A stretch of 64,000 nucleotides of DNA from a phage. The position numbers were made by a program, and so were the translations under genes. The notes under the pieces are model-generated. The model ran no database searches. It had not been told where the DNA came from and was given only the letters and a program-made list of their open reading frames with translations. Location of the stretch: sequence record PZ445443.1; one strand, written 5' to 3'. Shown in pieces: positions 63,885-64,000 of the stretch (positions within the stretch are counted from its first letter, which is position 1; each line of letters begins with the position of its first letter).

Positions 63885-64000
63885 TAGTCTTCCTCCAGGT
63901 TCAAAGGCCCTAAGATTTCATATGCCAGATTAGAAGTTACCAGAGGGTCTTCTGCATCTTTAGTATTGTACCACCCGTGAATAACCAGAGTCCCACTTTG
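63884..64000 (-). CDS. hypothetical protein, 5'-truncated at window edge; C-terminus resembles ORF 63597..63884
   Basis: Open - strand frame ending TAA at 63884-63886 (TAATG overlap with next gene); C-terminal ...LAYEILGPL parallels ...EGYEILEAL. Confidence 0.4.
   Translation of the reverse strand, partial: QSGTLVIHGWYNTKDAEDPLVTSNLAYEILGPLNLEED

Noticed and set aside
1-64000. Prophage or integration-module interpretation (integrase, att sites, repressor)
   Set aside because: No integrase or recombinase motif, no bacterial flanking genes; gene content (rIIA/B, own replisome, early takeover cluster) fits a virulent phage

Overview
The whole 64-kb window looks like part of a large virulent tailed dsDNA phage of an enterobacterial-type host; no rRNA, tRNA, CRISPR array, integrase or bacterial housekeeping gene was recognised. 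All calls rest on reading the sequence and the ORF track by eye (motifs, RBS spacing, promoter and hairpin patterns); no database search or computation was run. Layout: (1) 1-13.4 kb, + strand tail module: a truncated structural gene, a 690-aa structural protein, two paralogous tail fibre genes (the first followed by a Tfa-like chaperone), a 581-aa fibre/tailspike-like gene and an 1818-aa fibre protein whose 3' end appears frameshifted, closed by a bidirectional terminator. (2) 13.4-20.65 kb, - strand: small genes including a HAD-type phosphatase, a tandem array of ~87-aa paralogs and a VWA/metallopeptidase-like protein. (3) 20.7-47.2 kb, + strand replication/modification module starting at a strong sigma70-type promoter: AAA ATPase, SleB-like secreted hydrolase, rIIA and rIIB, Pif1-like helicase, DNA methyltransferase, short C5-methyltransferase-like protein, primase-helicase, family A DNA polymerase, SSB-like protein with internal DDIPF, HNH-like endonuclease, macro-domain protein, and a dispersed family of small paralogs. 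(4) 47.2-48.3 kb: AT-rich iteron/inverted-repeat region (ori-like) plus GC-rich structured repeats. (5) 48.3-58.45 kb: about 27 small early-type genes, most with their own host-type promoter, a repeated 45-bp hairpin/promoter element and a conserved 5' leader hairpin. (6) 58.45-60.9 kb: non-coding region dense in palindromes, direct repeats and a TGTAAAC array. (7) 60.9-64 kb: - strand small genes. The most promising leads for undescribed biology are the early small-gene cluster with its repeated regulatory elements, the expanded small-protein paralog families, and the large structured non-coding regions.
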